Shown here piece by piece: positions 23,810-39,564 of a stretch of 64,000 bases of DNA (positions within the stretch are counted from its first letter, which is position 1; each line of letters opens with the position of its first letter). The stretch comes from Eledone cirrhosa (taxonomy: Eukaryota). A program made the position numbers and the translations under genes. Below the pieces are notes generated by a model. It worked only from the letters and a program-made list of their open reading frames with translations. It was not told where the DNA came from and searched no databases. Where the stretch lies: contig OZ024740.1 of the NCBI GenBank assembly GCA_964016885.1, forward strand, positions 322,772,001-322,836,000, in the 5' to 3' direction.

Positions 23810-24384
23810 CATATAATATATATATATATATGTATGTATGCATGTATATATGTAGACACACACATACATATATCCCTCTCAATATATGTATATATATATA
23901 TATATATATATCCATATATATATATATGTATGTATGTATTTATGTGTATAGATATACAGTTAGTGATGTGTGTGTGTTTGTTTATTTGTTATAAAAACGC
24001 TAAAATAACAAACTTTGAACAACAGAAACATTTGAGAAGAAATGAAGCGTGTATAATTCGGATTGTATAAATGAAAAATATCGTAAGTGTATGTTAAGTA
24101 AGAACACAAACTCACACATACAAACATGGGCGAATACACACACATACACACACAGGCATGTACATACTGACGTACACGTACATATACATGCAGATAAGTA
24201 TATACACATACAAACATATGTATGTATGTATGTATATATATATATATATATATATATACATCCAGATACATATATGCAGACATATTCTTGTACACACTCA
24301 CACACATAGATATATATAAATACACATACATACACACAAACACACACACACGTATATACATATATATATATACATGTATATGTG

Positions 24385-24453
<69 letters not shown>

Positions 24454-24499
24454 ATATATATAAATATATATACACACACACACATATATATATATATAC

Positions 24500-24636
<137 letters not shown>

Positions 24637-25035
24637 ACTACGACAGTTATGAGTGGGATTGTGAAGTGGTGGCGATGTTGGTGGTGGTTTTTGTGGTGGT
24701 GGTGGCGTTGGTGGTAGTGTTGGGGGTGCTGGTGGTTTTGGTGAAGCTGGTTGTGTTGGTCGTGCTGAGGGGTGCTGGGGCTGGTGGTGGTATTGGAAGT
24801 GATCTCTGTTGCGTCTCAGTGTTTTTGTTATTTACTTACTTCCATAAGATTGTTGCTGCACTATAGTGGAGTGGGGTTGGGTAGTGGCCTGGGTAGAGAA
24901 GCGGGCTGGGAATGTCTGTGTGGCGGGCGGATTGGAGGATTGAGAAATGGATAGAGTGTTTTTGTTAGAGTTTGGAATGAAGAAGAAGAAGACGAGGATA
25001 AAGATGAACTAAAAGACGAGGATGATGTAGTAGTG

Positions 25036-25087
<52 letters not shown>

Positions 25088-25420
25088 AAGAAGAAGAGGA
25101 AGAAGAAGAAAAGTTTGAAAAAGAAGAGAAACAAGATGGCCGATATTGGCATAAGCACTAGTTGCAATCACGTGGAAATGGACATAAAAACATCCAGTAT
25201 GAGACATTCATACACACATACTTTCAAACCATATGCTTACATGCACTCACATTCACATATATAAATATATATATACACATTTATATACACGTATACACCT
25301 AAACCCACATACGGTCATACAAAACGTATACATACACACACATGCATTTCATTAGATTTTTTTCGTGCACCTAAATTATCTGTGCATTCTACAAGCATTT
25401 ATAAGTAGCATGCTTCCCCC

Positions 25421-25462
<42 letters not shown>

Positions 25463-25564
25463 TTATTTATTTATATATGAATAAATATGAATGCATAAAT
25501 ATTCAAATTCAAACATAGACACACACACACTCATATATATATATATACAAACACACAAACACGC

Positions 25565-25596
<32 letters not shown>

Positions 25597-25597
25597 G

Positions 25598-25668
<71 letters not shown>

Positions 25669-25870
25669 TCATACTTTCATACTCACATCCATCCATATAC
25701 ATACATACAAACAAATGTATATCTATGCATTCGTACATATTTCTACATATTTCTACATTCTTTTGTCTTTTTATGTTTCAAAAAAGGAGTTTATAACCAG
25801 GCGTCTGTTTCCCCTATTTATTACTAATATTCCTCCTTCCCACATATTGGTAGACTCTACTAAATAATAA

Positions 25871-26478
25871 TTGTTTCTACTTTTGGCACAAGGCCAGCAA
25901 TTACCCAGTGCATTACTGGTACTTTATTTTATCGACCCCGTAAGGATGAAAGGCAAAGTCAACCTCGGCGGGATTTGAACGCAGATCGTTAAGGGACGTA
26001 ACTATGCTGGAAAGCATGGCGTCCGACCATCCACCGATACTGCCAATCCACATAATAATGATAATAAAGGTTTCTTATATAGGCACAAGGCCAGCAATTT
26101 AGGGGAGGGGAAAGTTAATTAAATCAACCCGAGTGCATTACTGGTACTTTATTTTATCGACCCTATAAGGATGAAAGGCAAAGTTAACCTCGGCGGGATT
26201 TGAACTCAAAACGTAAAGGGCCGTAACTCTGTGCCGCGAAGCGGTGTGTCTCACGATATATCGATACTGCCAATCCACCAACCCCTAAATAATGATTTCT
26301 TGTACAGGCAAAAGGCCAGTGATTGAGGGGGAAAGTCGATTAAATCGACCCCAGTACGTTACTGGTGCTTTATTTTAACAACACCGTAAGGATAAAAGGC
26401 AAAGTTAACCTTGGCGAGATTTGAACTCAGACCGGAAAGGGCCGTAACTCTATGCTGCAAAATATGTTGTTCGACGCT
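25871..26478 (-). mobile_element. Three head-to-tail CORE-type SINE copies
   Basis: Units at ~25871-26051, 26068-26281 and 26293-26478, separated by short AAT tracts. Confidence 0.9.
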
Positions 26479-26539
26479 CTACCGATACTGTCAATCCCTA
26501 GCAACAATAGCAATAGCAACAATTATTGTTATTGCTATG

Positions 26540-26660
26540 CCTATTGTTTTCTTTTGTTAATGTTACTTTTCCATGACTCAATGGAAATTCCTCCTCCTGT
26601 TGTTTATGTCCTTCTACTGTCACCCGTATCTTGGGTCCTCCTGGCCAATAAAGTCGTTAT
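26540..26660 (+). mobile_element. Tx1 3' stub, with (TTC)n nearby at 26686-26781
   Basis: GGTC-CTCCT-GGCC-AATAAAG at 26634-26653, after a T-rich UTR-like stretch. Confidence 0.55.
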
Positions 26661-27279
26661 TATCGAGAAACAATAATAATCTAAATTCTTCTTCTTCTTC
26701 TTCTTCTTCTTCTTCTTCTTCTTCTTCTTCTTCTTCTTCTTCTTCTTCTTCTTCTTCTTCTTCTTCTTCTTCTTCTTCTTCTCCCCCCCCCCCCCACCTC
26801 TCTCTTCTTCGACTTCTATCTTTCGAAAATAGATTTTTATTTATTGTTGTTTCTAAACTTTATTTTATTTTATGTCTGTGTGTTTATCGTTTAACGTTTG
26901 TCTGACTCTGGTGTTCCTCCAAGCCTCTCTCTCACACACCCTCACCACACCCATCAGCACCACCACCAACAGACCTTCTCAACCCTGCTCCACACACAGT
27001 CCCAGCCTTACCCTCACATCTCTCCACCCGCACCCTATATCAACCCACCCATCGTATATGTCTTTGATTCTTTTGTTTTATGAGTATCAGAAAGTAAGTG
27101 AAAATTCAGCTTAAATTCATCCGCTTCGCTGCTTCCGAAGATATTCCAAAATTCATATCTCTGATAATTCTCACAAAAATAAGAAAACTTATGCATATTT
27201 CACGCTCTGTTAAACATATGATTGTTCCATAAGAGTTTTTTCTTAGGTTTACCATTTCGTATACGTCGAACATACGTAT

Positions 27280-27316
<37 letters not shown>

Positions 27317-27357
27317 ATATATGCATTATATATATATAATGCATATATTATATATAT

Positions 27358-27435
<78 letters not shown>

Positions 27436-27860
27436 ATATATATAAATAAATAAATATAAACAATTAATTTCGTTTCGTTATTTGTTTAAATAAATATATA
27501 TATATATATATATATATAGTTTCTCATTTTACATATATTACTCATTAAAAAAGGTCGGAATGTTTTATATACTTTTATCAATTTCGATCTTACAACCTCT
27601 ACCATTTCTCGCTCCCATCTTTCCTCTGCAGCACCCCCTCTCACTCTCCCAAGTTAGTGTCTCTACCCCCCCCCCCTTCTGTTCTTTCTTCAAAATTTCG
27701 ACTTTCATTTTATCTCTTACTCTCTTCTTCTCTATGTCTCTCAATTTCTTAAGTATGAATAAAGAATATACATATATTTACAATCTGAATTTTAAACTCT
27801 TTCCAACAAACATTCATTCATTTTGTGTCGCTCTGTATATATATATATACACACACACAC

Positions 27861-27963
<103 letters not shown>

Positions 27964-27984
27964 TATATATATATACATACACAC

Positions 27985-28057
<73 letters not shown>

Positions 28058-28637
28058 TAAAAATTAATATATATGCAAATATATCTGTTTCTATATCTAT
28101 ATCCCTGTTTTTACATATGTATATCTTTATATATATATACACCTCCCATATATGTATATACATACCCCCCCCCATCACACACACAGAAATACACACACAC
28201 TACACACACACACATATATATATATATATATTGTATATATTGTACTACACCACATACATACGCACACTTCTCATCCCCTCTCCACATAATTTCGATCCGA
28301 TTGGATGAGATCGAAGAAAGTACAATCAAAAGAACCACCCGAAGGAATATCTTTACAGTGATTGGCTATTCCTCGATTCGATTACAGATCAATATGCTTC
28401 CTAAATTTATTCAGACACTACCCAACACTAACCCCAACCCCAACCCCAACTCCAGCACCAACCCCAACATCTACACAATAAGCATGTATAAGTATATTTC
28501 TGTAAAATATACAATATTTCTCCTCTCTTGTTAACATATAAAATATTTCGTATGATCTAATCTTATTGGTCGAAATTCTAAACTAGTAAACTTCTTCTAC
28601 TTTGTATTTTACTTTTACTCGTTCTTATAATTCCTTC

Positions 28638-28748
<111 letters not shown>

Positions 28749-28790
28749 TATATATGTGTATAAATATATATGTATATATATATATGTATG

Positions 28791-28848
<58 letters not shown>

Positions 28849-28882
28849 TATATATACATATATATATATATGTATAAATATA

Positions 28883-28978
<96 letters not shown>

Positions 28979-29030
28979 TATATAAATATATATATATGTA
29001 TATATATATGTATATATATATATACATGTA

Positions 29031-29061
<31 letters not shown>

Positions 29062-29193
29062 ATATATATATGTTTGTGTGCGTGTGTGTGTGTGTGTGTG
29101 TATGTGTGTATATAAATATATGTAATATATATGTATATATATATTTCTTCATTGTACTGTGTCGTTTAATTTGTTATTTCTGTTTACTTTTTG

Positions 29194-29230
<37 letters not shown>

Positions 29231-29676
29231 ACACAGGCACACGCAAACACACAAATATATATACATATACAAATATATATATACATACATATATATATAT
29301 ATATGTTTGTGGTTGAGTGATTCGGTCGTGAGTCGTGTTCAGAGCTAAATCTCCAGAAAACAATGGAAATATATCTAGTGTAGCAGTTACTGAAGGCCAT
29401 TCTTAGTTATACCTTTTTAAACATGGCGTATTTATGAACGCCTAATTACTATTGCATGGCATGGCATTTCATGGCATTTTATGCTGATGTCTTAAGCGAT
29501 CTCATAGATTATTGGACACCACGTGACACACCAAGCCTTGTATATTTTATGACTACATATTTTTATATATATTTTAACGTATTTATTTGGTTATTTGCTT
29601 ATATATTTATTTATTTTGCAGTGACCGAAATGTTCGGTTTCTGAATATCAATCACATATTAATGTGCGCATATAGT

Positions 29677-29752
<76 letters not shown>

Positions 29753-29929
29753 GCATATATATATAAGTATTATGTATATGTACACAGGCATTCGTATATG
29801 CATATATATGGGCATATACACATCCGTATATATAGATATGTATGGATATATAATGTATATGCATATATGCATGCATGTTACGTGTATCTATAAGTATGCA
29901 TATATATATATATATATATATATATACAA

Positions 29930-29996
<67 letters not shown>

Positions 29997-30292
29997 TATA
30001 CATATATGTACATACATGTACTCCAGCGAACACACATAGACACAAACGCACACACACACACACACACGCACATACAGACACATACTGTTTCCCTTTCTCT
30101 TTCTCTTTCTATGAATCTTTCCTTATTTACTCAAACATAAAACTCTGGAAATACACACACCATTTAACTCATAAACATACATGTATTGATATACTCATAT
30201 ACATATACACTTCTACATATATGCATATAAATACACATATATCTATATACACATACAATACACCCCTCCCATAATATATATATATATATATG

Positions 30293-30380
<88 letters not shown>

Positions 30381-30388
30381 CATATATA

Positions 30389-30473
<85 letters not shown>

Positions 30474-30615
30474 CATACATAGATATTCATACACAGAGTT
30501 ATAGACATATGCATAGAGAAACGGCTAGATGACATTTAGTTAAAAGAAGAGATTCGAATTAACGGGAGTGAGAGAGGGAGGGAGAGAGAAAGATAGATAG
30601 AGAGAGAGAGAGCGT

Positions 30616-30676
<61 letters not shown>

Positions 30677-30770
30677 CCATTGATAGATTGAGAGAAAGAG
30701 GATGAGCGAACGGGGGTATAGAGACTGGTATAGAGATATAAAAGAATGGACAGAAAGAATGGAAGGAAAT

Positions 30771-30958
30771 AATTGTTTCTACGTTAGGCACAAGGCCAGC
30801 AATTACCCAGTACATTACTGGTACTTTATTTTATCGACCCCGTAAGGATGAAAGGCAAAGTTAACCTCGGCGGGATTTGAACTCAGACTGTAAAAGGACG
30901 TAACTGTGCTGGAAAACATGGCGTCCAACCTTCTACCGATACTGTCAATTCACCGCCC
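30771..30958 (-). mobile_element. CORE-type SINE, full length
   Basis: Same family as 975-1155. Confidence 0.9.
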
Positions 30959-31246
30959 TTTGGAAGGAAATAATGAAGGCTAGATACAAAACACAGGCAT
31001 TAGATGAGATTACACACGCCTGTAGATATAAAACAATGCTACACTCCTAGGTTTTGCCCTCCAACCTTATCCTTTGATTATTCAACTTGAACAACATTTG
31101 GAACATCTGATGAAAAACTGAAAAATTCTGCCATTGTTGCAGGAAAATAGCAATACAATAAACTAAGGTGTAGTTGAGAAACTATATGTCTATACATGTA
31201 ATGATGTATGTATATATGTAGATATATACACATGGTTATATATATA

Positions 31247-31298
<52 letters not shown>

Positions 31299-31301
<3 letters not shown>

Positions 31302-31374
31302 GGTGTCCCAAAACTGTATACACAATTTTATTAGAATACTGTTGAAGTATGTATACATTTTTTGGGACACACTG
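31299..31374. mobile_element. 76-bp Tc1/mariner-type mini-MITE
   Basis: TA|CAGGGTGTCCCAAAA...TTTTGGGACACACTG terminal inverted repeats. Confidence 0.75.
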
Positions 31375-31414
<40 letters not shown>

Positions 31415-31533
31415 ATTGTTTCTACTTTAGGCACAAGGCCAGCAATTACCCAGTACAATACTGGTACTTTATTTTATCGACCCCGTAAGGATGAAAGGCA
31501 AAGTTAACCTCGGCGGGATTTAAACTCAGACTG
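31415..31533 (-). mobile_element. 5'-truncated CORE-type SINE
   Basis: Tail and core are present; the head is missing. Confidence 0.85.
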
Positions 31534-31774
31534 TTATATATAATAATGAATGTATATATATGTAGATATACACACACATGAATATATATATATATATATA
31601 TATATTTATAATTATATATATATATATATATATATTGTATGTGTATATAAATATATATGTATATCTATGTGTGTGTATTTACATGGGTATATGTAGAAGT
31701 GTAGAAGTCTATAAGTACATCAATGCGTGTATATTTATGAGTTATATTTATGTGTGTATTTCCAGATTTTTATT

Positions 31775-32580
31775 GCATGCTGCAATTTGGTGGGAGGGGG
31801 GGGGGAAGTATATTAAATCGAACACAGTGCGTGACTGGTACTTTATTTTATCGACCTCATAAGGATGAAAGGCAAAGCTAACCTTGGTGGGATTTGATCT
31901 CAGAAGGTAAAGAGCCGTAACTATATGCCGGTAAGCATGTTGTCCGACGCTCTACCAATACTGCCAATCCACCACTCTCAAATAATGGTTTCTTATATAT
32001 GCACAAGGCCAGCAATTTTGGGGTAGGGAAAAGTCTATTAAATCGACTCCAGTGCATTACTGGTACTTTATATTATCTACCCCTTAAGGATGAAAGGCAA
32101 AGTTAACCTCGGCGGGATTTGAACTCAGATCATAAAAGGCCGTAACTCTATGCTACCACTCTCAAATAATAATAATAAGAAGAACAGCAACAATAATTTC
32201 TACTATAGGCACAAGGCCAGCAATTTTCGATTCCAGCACATTACTGGTACTTTATTTTATCGCCCCTGTAAGGACGAGGGGCAAAGCTAAACTCAGCGAG
32301 CTGTGAACTCAGAACGTAAAACGACGTAATTACATACCACAGCGCATGGTGTCTGACGCTCTACCGATACGGCCAATCCACCGACCTTAAATCTTTTAAT
32401 AATAATTGTTTCTATTTTAGGCACAAGGCCAGCAATTACCCAGTACATGACTGGTACTTTATTTTATCGACCCCCGTAAGGATGAAAGGCAGAGTTAACC
32501 TGGGCCGGATTTGAACTCAGACCGTAAAGGGACATAACTATGCTGGAAAGCATGTCCGACCCTCTACCGATACTGCCAAT
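31775..32580 (-). mobile_element. Four head-to-tail CORE-type SINE copies
   Basis: Units at ~31775-31975, 31987-32152, 32195-32383 and 32405-32580. Confidence 0.9.
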
Positions 32581-32599
32581 AATAATACAACATATCTAC

Positions 32600-32675
<76 letters not shown>

Positions 32676-32689
32676 TTATCTATCTATCT

Positions 32690-32930
32690 GGAAGATAAAG
32701 AGAAGGAAGACGGGAACACCTACAAAACGTGTTCTGGTGTTGAGGGTTGTTCTATCCACGGGGTGTAAAACAACTCCGCAGTAACGTTCCCCCCTAATGG
32801 GGATTTCGATTGTTTTGTTTTATATATAGTTTATTGTTATTCATCATTGTTAAAGATTTTATGTAAAACCCCCGCCGTCACGTCTTGTAGTGTTCCATTT
32901 TTGTACGCTCCTGTGGCAAATAAAGAAAGA
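32690..32930 (+). mobile_element. Tx1-like 3' fragment inserted in (TATC)n
   Basis: Ends GCT-CCTGT-GGC-A-AATAAA-GAAAGA|TATCTATC, with (TCTA)n on both sides. Confidence 0.65.
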
Positions 32931-33114
32931 TATCTATCTACCTATCTGTCAATCTATCTGTCACAGAGCCGCAAGTCCCGTTTAGGTGAAACACGTGTTC
33001 TCAAGTATGGTTTGGTAATTGTTGTGGAATTCATTCTATACTCATCTCCTTTGGACTGAATGCTTTACCAAGTTTGGATATATATATACTTCTGATTTTT
33101 CACTCTAATATATA

Positions 33115-33357
33115 AGTGACACAGAGGAGACTGAGGTTAGCTGGACATGCTCACCGACATCGAGAGTAGACATTGCACTCAGTGCTCCTTTGGGAGCCCC
33201 TACATGGACACACTAGAAGAGGAAGACCAAGGTTAACGTTGATGCCCTAAGGACAGACACTGGTCTATTGGAGACGCAGGACATGGCAGCGATAATGAGG
33301 GACAGAGATTGCTGGAGAGAACTCGTCCATGGATCTCGGGAATTTTACCCGCCTTAG
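33115..33357 (+). mobile_element. 3' fragment of an RTE-clade LINE
   Basis: Translates RRLRLAGHAHRH...LLWEPLHG..RRGRP...D.L..DTGL...MRDRDCWR. Confidence 0.75.
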
Positions 33358-33381
33358 AGATATATATATATATATAAATAT

Positions 33382-33507
33382 AATTGTTTCTACTTTTGGC
33401 ACAAGGCTAGCAATTACACAATTCCGACCCCGTAAGGATGAAAGGCAAAGTTAACCTCGGCGGGATTTGCATGGCGTCCGACCCTCTACCGATACTGCCA
33501 ATCAACC
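33382..33507 (-). mobile_element. CORE-type SINE with internal deletions
   Basis: Tail, partial core and head are all recognisable. Confidence 0.8.
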
Positions 33508-33773
33508 GATAGATATAATATATTAGAAATAGAAGCTTTCACCGTATTTTTCGACTAAAGAAATTTTAGCAAGTATTGAGGTACATGTACGTCAATATTC
33601 ATCTTTTTCCATTTCTTACAGGGTTCTAAACCCAACTATGAGGCTAAAATTTCTTTAGTCAAAAAATATGGCGAAATCTATTTCTAATTTCAATCTCGCT
33701 CGCTGTTTCAAAAACATACTTACACACATACACGCACACGCACACGCACACGCACGCACGCACACACACACGC

Positions 33774-33883
<110 letters not shown>

Positions 33884-34285
33884 ACACACATGGATATATA
33901 TTACATATATTACGAACATATATATGATGACTGCTGATTCTTTTCAGAATATTGCCACCTCTTCATAAGTTGTCGATAAGTACCCGATTGTGGGTACGTA
34001 AGTGGCTCTTACGACCGGCCCCCAGAGCCGTATGTTTTCTGACAAATACTACACTGAACACTTTAGCATTTACATTAAACTATATATACAATTGTGTTTT
34101 TATGGCTTTATCTTATTTTATTATAATTATCTCACATAATATCAACTCTACGAGATTTTGATGTTATTTATTTTGAGACCAATACCTTAACATCAGTATG
34201 AGCGTCCAGTTATGGCCGGTCTGAAAAAGAAAGAGATAAAAAATTTCTGGCCGCATACGGCCGGTTTAAATACTGGTGAGTTAAT

Positions 34286-34373
<88 letters not shown>

Positions 34374-34582
34374 ACACACACACACACACAAACTTTTCCT
34401 GAGTTCAGTTTTTTTCGTTGCTATGGCAATGCGACTAGACTGTCGGTCGCTATATTTGATTTGCAAAGCTGTCTAAACGTATTGTTATAACTCTGGGGTA
34501 ATATTCTCCATCGAGTGCTAAGCTGCATTCCGAATCTGCATTCGTTAGCTTGGCCGCCGCCAAAAGCTTCGTTGATGCTGTA

Positions 34583-34632
<50 letters not shown>

Positions 34633-35182
34633 TATATATATACACATAAGCACAACAGTCTTCTGGTGTTTTTGCCTACCAAAACTTCAATTCATCTCTC
34701 TAACATCCACACACACACACACACACACACACATACAACCCCCCCCCTACACACAGACACACACAGACACACACACATTCACTCACATTCTCTCTCTCAC
34801 ACACATACATATAAATAATATAAATTTCACACACAAACACATACACACAGTCTGACAACAGGAATATCTTTTATATTTTGATTAGTTAATATTTCTTCAC
34901 AAATTCTGAGTGAATTAACAAAATGGAATGAAGAAGAAGAAGAAATATTAAAATAAAAATGAACGTTGTTTTGAAAGATTAGATTTTACAGCGGATATAG
35001 TGAAATAATACGTCTGGGTGACTGGCTTACTCTGGTGGACTGAGGCTGACGGTGGTAGAGTGTCATTGGTGTGGGGGACTGAGGGGTGTCTTGCAGCTGA
35101 GTAAATAAAGCGTCAGAAATAACGCTTATTAATTGAAAAAAAATTATATATATATATATATATATATAAATATATATACATG

Positions 35183-35220
<38 letters not shown>

Positions 35221-35396
35221 CTTACATACACGCATCCGCACAGACACTCACACACACACATATATACACACACACAGAACCCCCTCCCCATATATATACA
35301 TATATATATACATATATATACATACAATACATAGGTGTGGGTTTATATGTGAATATATATATATATACACATACAATACGTGTGTGTGGGTTTATA

Positions 35397-35432
<36 letters not shown>

Positions 35433-35495
35433 TATAAACCCACATATTTAAATATGTATGGTATGCAAATGTGTCTTCTCATCTGTTGTGTTTGT

Positions 35496-35541
<46 letters not shown>

Positions 35542-35693
35542 GTAATCAAGGTTTAGCAAATAAGAAAAAGTTTTAAAATAAATAAAAAAAATTCACTGTA
35601 CCTGCTGTAGTTACCCTTACCGTACGTTTTCAAGTCTCAAAATATATATGTATATATATATATACTCACACACATACACACATATAGGTGTAA

Positions 35694-35792
<99 letters not shown>

Positions 35793-35893
35793 AATATACA
35801 CAAACACCCATGTACACTCACACAAACACACATGTATATGCGTATCTCTGTATATATATATATATATATGTATATATATGTAATACATATATA

Positions 35894-35928
<35 letters not shown>

Positions 35929-36033
35929 ATATATATACATATATATATACACAGAGATACACACACGTATATATATGTGCATGTGTGAGTGTACATGGGT
36001 GTTTGTGAATTTTAATTTACTTCAATGTCTGGC

Positions 36034-36082
<49 letters not shown>

Positions 36083-36322
36083 TATAAATATATGATTGAG
36101 ACTTGTTATTGTAGAGTTAATTGTTAATAAATCTGTGAGACTGAAGAACAGTTAAATATTTCTCTGTCAACATTAAATGTCGTCGCCATTCAACAATGTA
36201 AAATATAATTGGAACTGTAGACAATTGAAATAAAGCGAGAAAATGGCATTAAGATTAAATTCTGATGTATAAACCTGATAATGTCTCAGAATTGTGAATA
36301 TTCAGTTGATATATGTATTAGT

Positions 36323-39300
36323 GTGGTCGTCGTTGTTGTGGTTGTTGTGGTTGTGGTCGTCGTTGTTGTGGTTGTTGTGGTTGTTGTGGTTGTGGTCGTC
36401 CTTGTTGTGGTTGTTGTGGTTGTGGTCGTCCTTGTTGTGGTTGTTGCTGTTGTGGTCGTCGTTGTTGTGATTGTTGTGGTTGTGGTTGTTGCTGTTGTGG
36501 TCGTCGTTGTTGTGGTTGTTGTGGTTGTAGTTGTTGCTGTTGTGGTTGTTGTGGTTGTGGTCGTCGTTGTTGTGGTTGTTGTGGTTGTGATTGTTGCTGT
36601 TGTGGTCGTTGCTGTTGTGATTGTTATTGCTGTTATTGTTGTCATTGTAGTTGTTACTGTGTTGCTGTTGTGGTTGTTGCTGTTGTGATTGTTATTGCTG
36701 TTGTTGTTGTCATTGTAGTTGTTACTGTGTTGCTGTTGTGGTTGTTGCTGTTGTGGTTGTTATTGCTGTTGTTGTTGTCATTGTAGTTGTTACTGTGTTG
36801 CTGTTGTTGTTGTTGCTGTTGTGGTTGTTATTGCTGTTGTTGTTGTCATTGTAGTTGTTACTGTGTTGCTGTTGTGGTTGTTGCTGTTGTGATTGTTATT
36901 GCTGTTGTTGTTGTCATTGTAGTTGTTACTGTGTTGCTGTTGTGGTTGTTGCTGTTGTGATTGTTATTGCTGTTGTTGTTGTCATTGTAGTTGTTACTGT
37001 GTTGCTGTTGTTGTTGTTGCTGTTGTGGTTGTTATTGCTGTTGTTGTTGTCATTGTAGTTGTTACTGTGTTGCTGTTGTGGTTGTTGCTGTTGTGGTTGT
37101 TATTGCTGTTATTGGTGTCATTGTAGTTGTTACTGTGTTGCTGTTGTGGTTGTTGCTGTTGTGGTTGTTATTGCTGTTATTGTTGTCATTGTAGTTGTTA
37201 CTGTGTTGCTGTTGTGGTTGTTGCTGTTCTGGTTGTTATTGCTGTTATTGTTGTCATTGTAGTTGTTACTGTGTTGCTGTTGTGGTTGTTGCTGTTTTGG
37301 TTGTTATTGTTGTTGTTGTTGTCATTGTAGTTGTTACTGTGTTGCTGTTGTGGTTGTTATTGCTGTTATTGCTGTTGTTATTGCTGTTATTGTTGTCATT
37401 GTAGTTGTTACTGTGTTGCTGTTGTGGTTGTTGCTGTTGTGGTTGTTATTGCTGTTATTGGTGTCATTGTAGTTGTTACTGTGTTGCTGTGGTTGTTGCT
37501 GTTGTGATTGTTATTGCTGTTGTTGTTGTCATTGTAGTTGTTACTGTGTTGCTGTTGTGGTTGTTGCTGTTGTGGTTGTTATTGCTGTTATTGTTGTCAT
37601 TGTAGTTGTTACTGTGTTGCTGTTGTGGTTGTTGCTGTTGTGGTTGTTATTGCTGTTATTGTTGTCATTGTAGTTGTTACTGTGTTGCTGTTGTGGTTGT
37701 TGCTGTTGTGATTGTTATTGCTGTTATTGTTGTCATTGTAGTTGTTACTGTGTTGCTGTTGTGGTTGTTGCTGTTGTGATTGTTATTGCTGTTGTTGTTG
37801 TCATTGTAGTTGTTACTGTGTTGCTGTTGTGGTTGTTGCTGTTGTGGTTGTTATTGCTGTTGATGTTGTCATTGTAGTTGTTACTGTGTTGCTGTTGTGG
37901 TTGTTGCTGTTGTGGTTGTTATTGCTGTTGTTGTTGTCATTGTAGTTGTTACTGTGTTGCTGTTGTGGTTGTTGCTGTTGTGATTGTTATTGCTGTTGTT
38001 GTTGTCATTGTAGTTGTTACTGTGTTGCTGTTGTGGTTGTTGCTGTTGTGGTTGTTATTGCTGTTGTTGTTGTCATTGTAGTTGTTACTGTGTTGCTGTT
38101 GTGGTTGTTCCTGTTGTGGTTGTTATTGCTGTTGTTGTTGTCATTGTAGTTGTTACTGTGTTGCTGTTGTGGTTGTTGCTGTTGTGATTGTTATTGCTGT
38201 TATTGTTGTGATTGTAGTTGTTACTGTGTTGCTGTTGTGGTTGTTGCTGTTGTGATTGTTATTGCTGTTGTTGTTGTCACTGTAGTTGTTACTGTGTTGC
38301 TGTTGTGGTTGTTGCTGTTGTGATTGTTATTGCTGTTATTGTTGTGATTGTAGTTGTTACTGTGTTGTTGTGGTTGTTGCTGTTGTGATTGTTATTGTTG
38401 TTATTGGTGTCATTGTAGTTGTTACTGTGTTGCTGTTGTGGTTGTTGCTGTTGTGATTGTTATTGCTGTTATTGTTGTCATTGTAGTTGTTACTGTGTTG
38501 TTGTGGTTGTTGCTGTTGTGATTGTTATTGCTGTTATTGTTGTCATTTAGTTGTTACTGTGTTGGTGTTGTGGTTGTTGCTGTTGTGATTGTTATTGCTG
38601 TTGTTGTTGTCATTGTAGTTGTTACTGTGTTGCTGTTGTGGTCGTTGCTGTTGTGATTGTTATTGCTGTTATTGTTGTCATTGTAGTTGTTACTGTGTTG
38701 GTGTTGTGGTTGTTGCTGTTGTGATTGTTATTGCTGTTTTTGTTGCTGTTGTGATTGTTATTGCTGTTATTGTTGTCATTGTAGTTGTTACTGTGTTGTT
38801 GTGGTTGTTGCTGTTGTGATTGTTATTGCTGTTGTTGTTGCTGTTGTGATTGTTATTGCTGTTATTGTTGTCATTGTAGTTGTTACTGTGTTGCTGTTGT
38901 GGTTGTTGCTGCTGTGATTGTTATTGCTGTTATTGTTGTCATTGTAGTTGTTACTGTTTTGCTGTTGTGGTTGTTGCTGTTGTGATTGTTATTGCTGTTG
39001 TTGTTGTCATTGTAGTTGTTACTGTGTTGCTGTTGTGGTTGTTGCTGTTGTGATTGTTATTGCTGTTGTTGTTGTCATTGTAGTTGTTTCTGTGTTGCTG
39101 TTGTGGTTGTTGCTGCTGTGATTGTTATTGCTGTTATTGTTGTCATTGTAGTTGTTACTGTGTTGGTGTTGTGGTTGTTGCTGTTGTGATTGTTATTGCT
39201 GTTATTGGTGTCATTGTAGTTGTTACTGTGTTGCTGTTGTTGTTGCTGTTGTGGTTGTTATTGCTGTTATTGTTGCTGTTGTGATTGCGATTGCTGTTAT

Positions 39301-39490
39301 TGTTGCTGTTGTGATTGTTATTGTTGTTATTGGTGTCATTGTAGTTGTTACTGTGTTGCTGTTGTGGTCGTTGCTGTTGTGATTGTTATTACTGTTATTG
39401 TTGTCATTGTAGTTGTTACTGTGTTGCTGTTGTTGTTGCTGTTGTGGTTGTTATTGCTGTTATTGTTGCTGTTGTGATTGCGATTGCTGT
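36323..39490. repeat. GTT-rich simple repeat grading into a 68-bp minisatellite (~40 units)
   Basis: Unit is ttgtagttgttactgtgttgctgttgtggttgttgctgttgtgattgttattgctgttgttgttgtca. ORF starts recur every 68 bp. Confidence 0.95.
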
Positions 39491-39564
39491 TCCGTTTACT
39501 CTTGTTGCTGTTGGGGTTGTGGTTTAAATGTTGTTGCTCTTGATAATTTCGTTAACATGATTAT

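Noticed and set aside
36640-39490. CRISPR-like array
   Set aside because: No unique spacers, no cas genes, and a eukaryotic context.
36651-39527. Array of Cys-rich 67-aa ORFs resembling metallothioneins or keratin-associated proteins
   Set aside because: The unit is 68 bp, not a multiple of 3, so each ORF cycles through all three frames of the same repeat, and starts are TTG.
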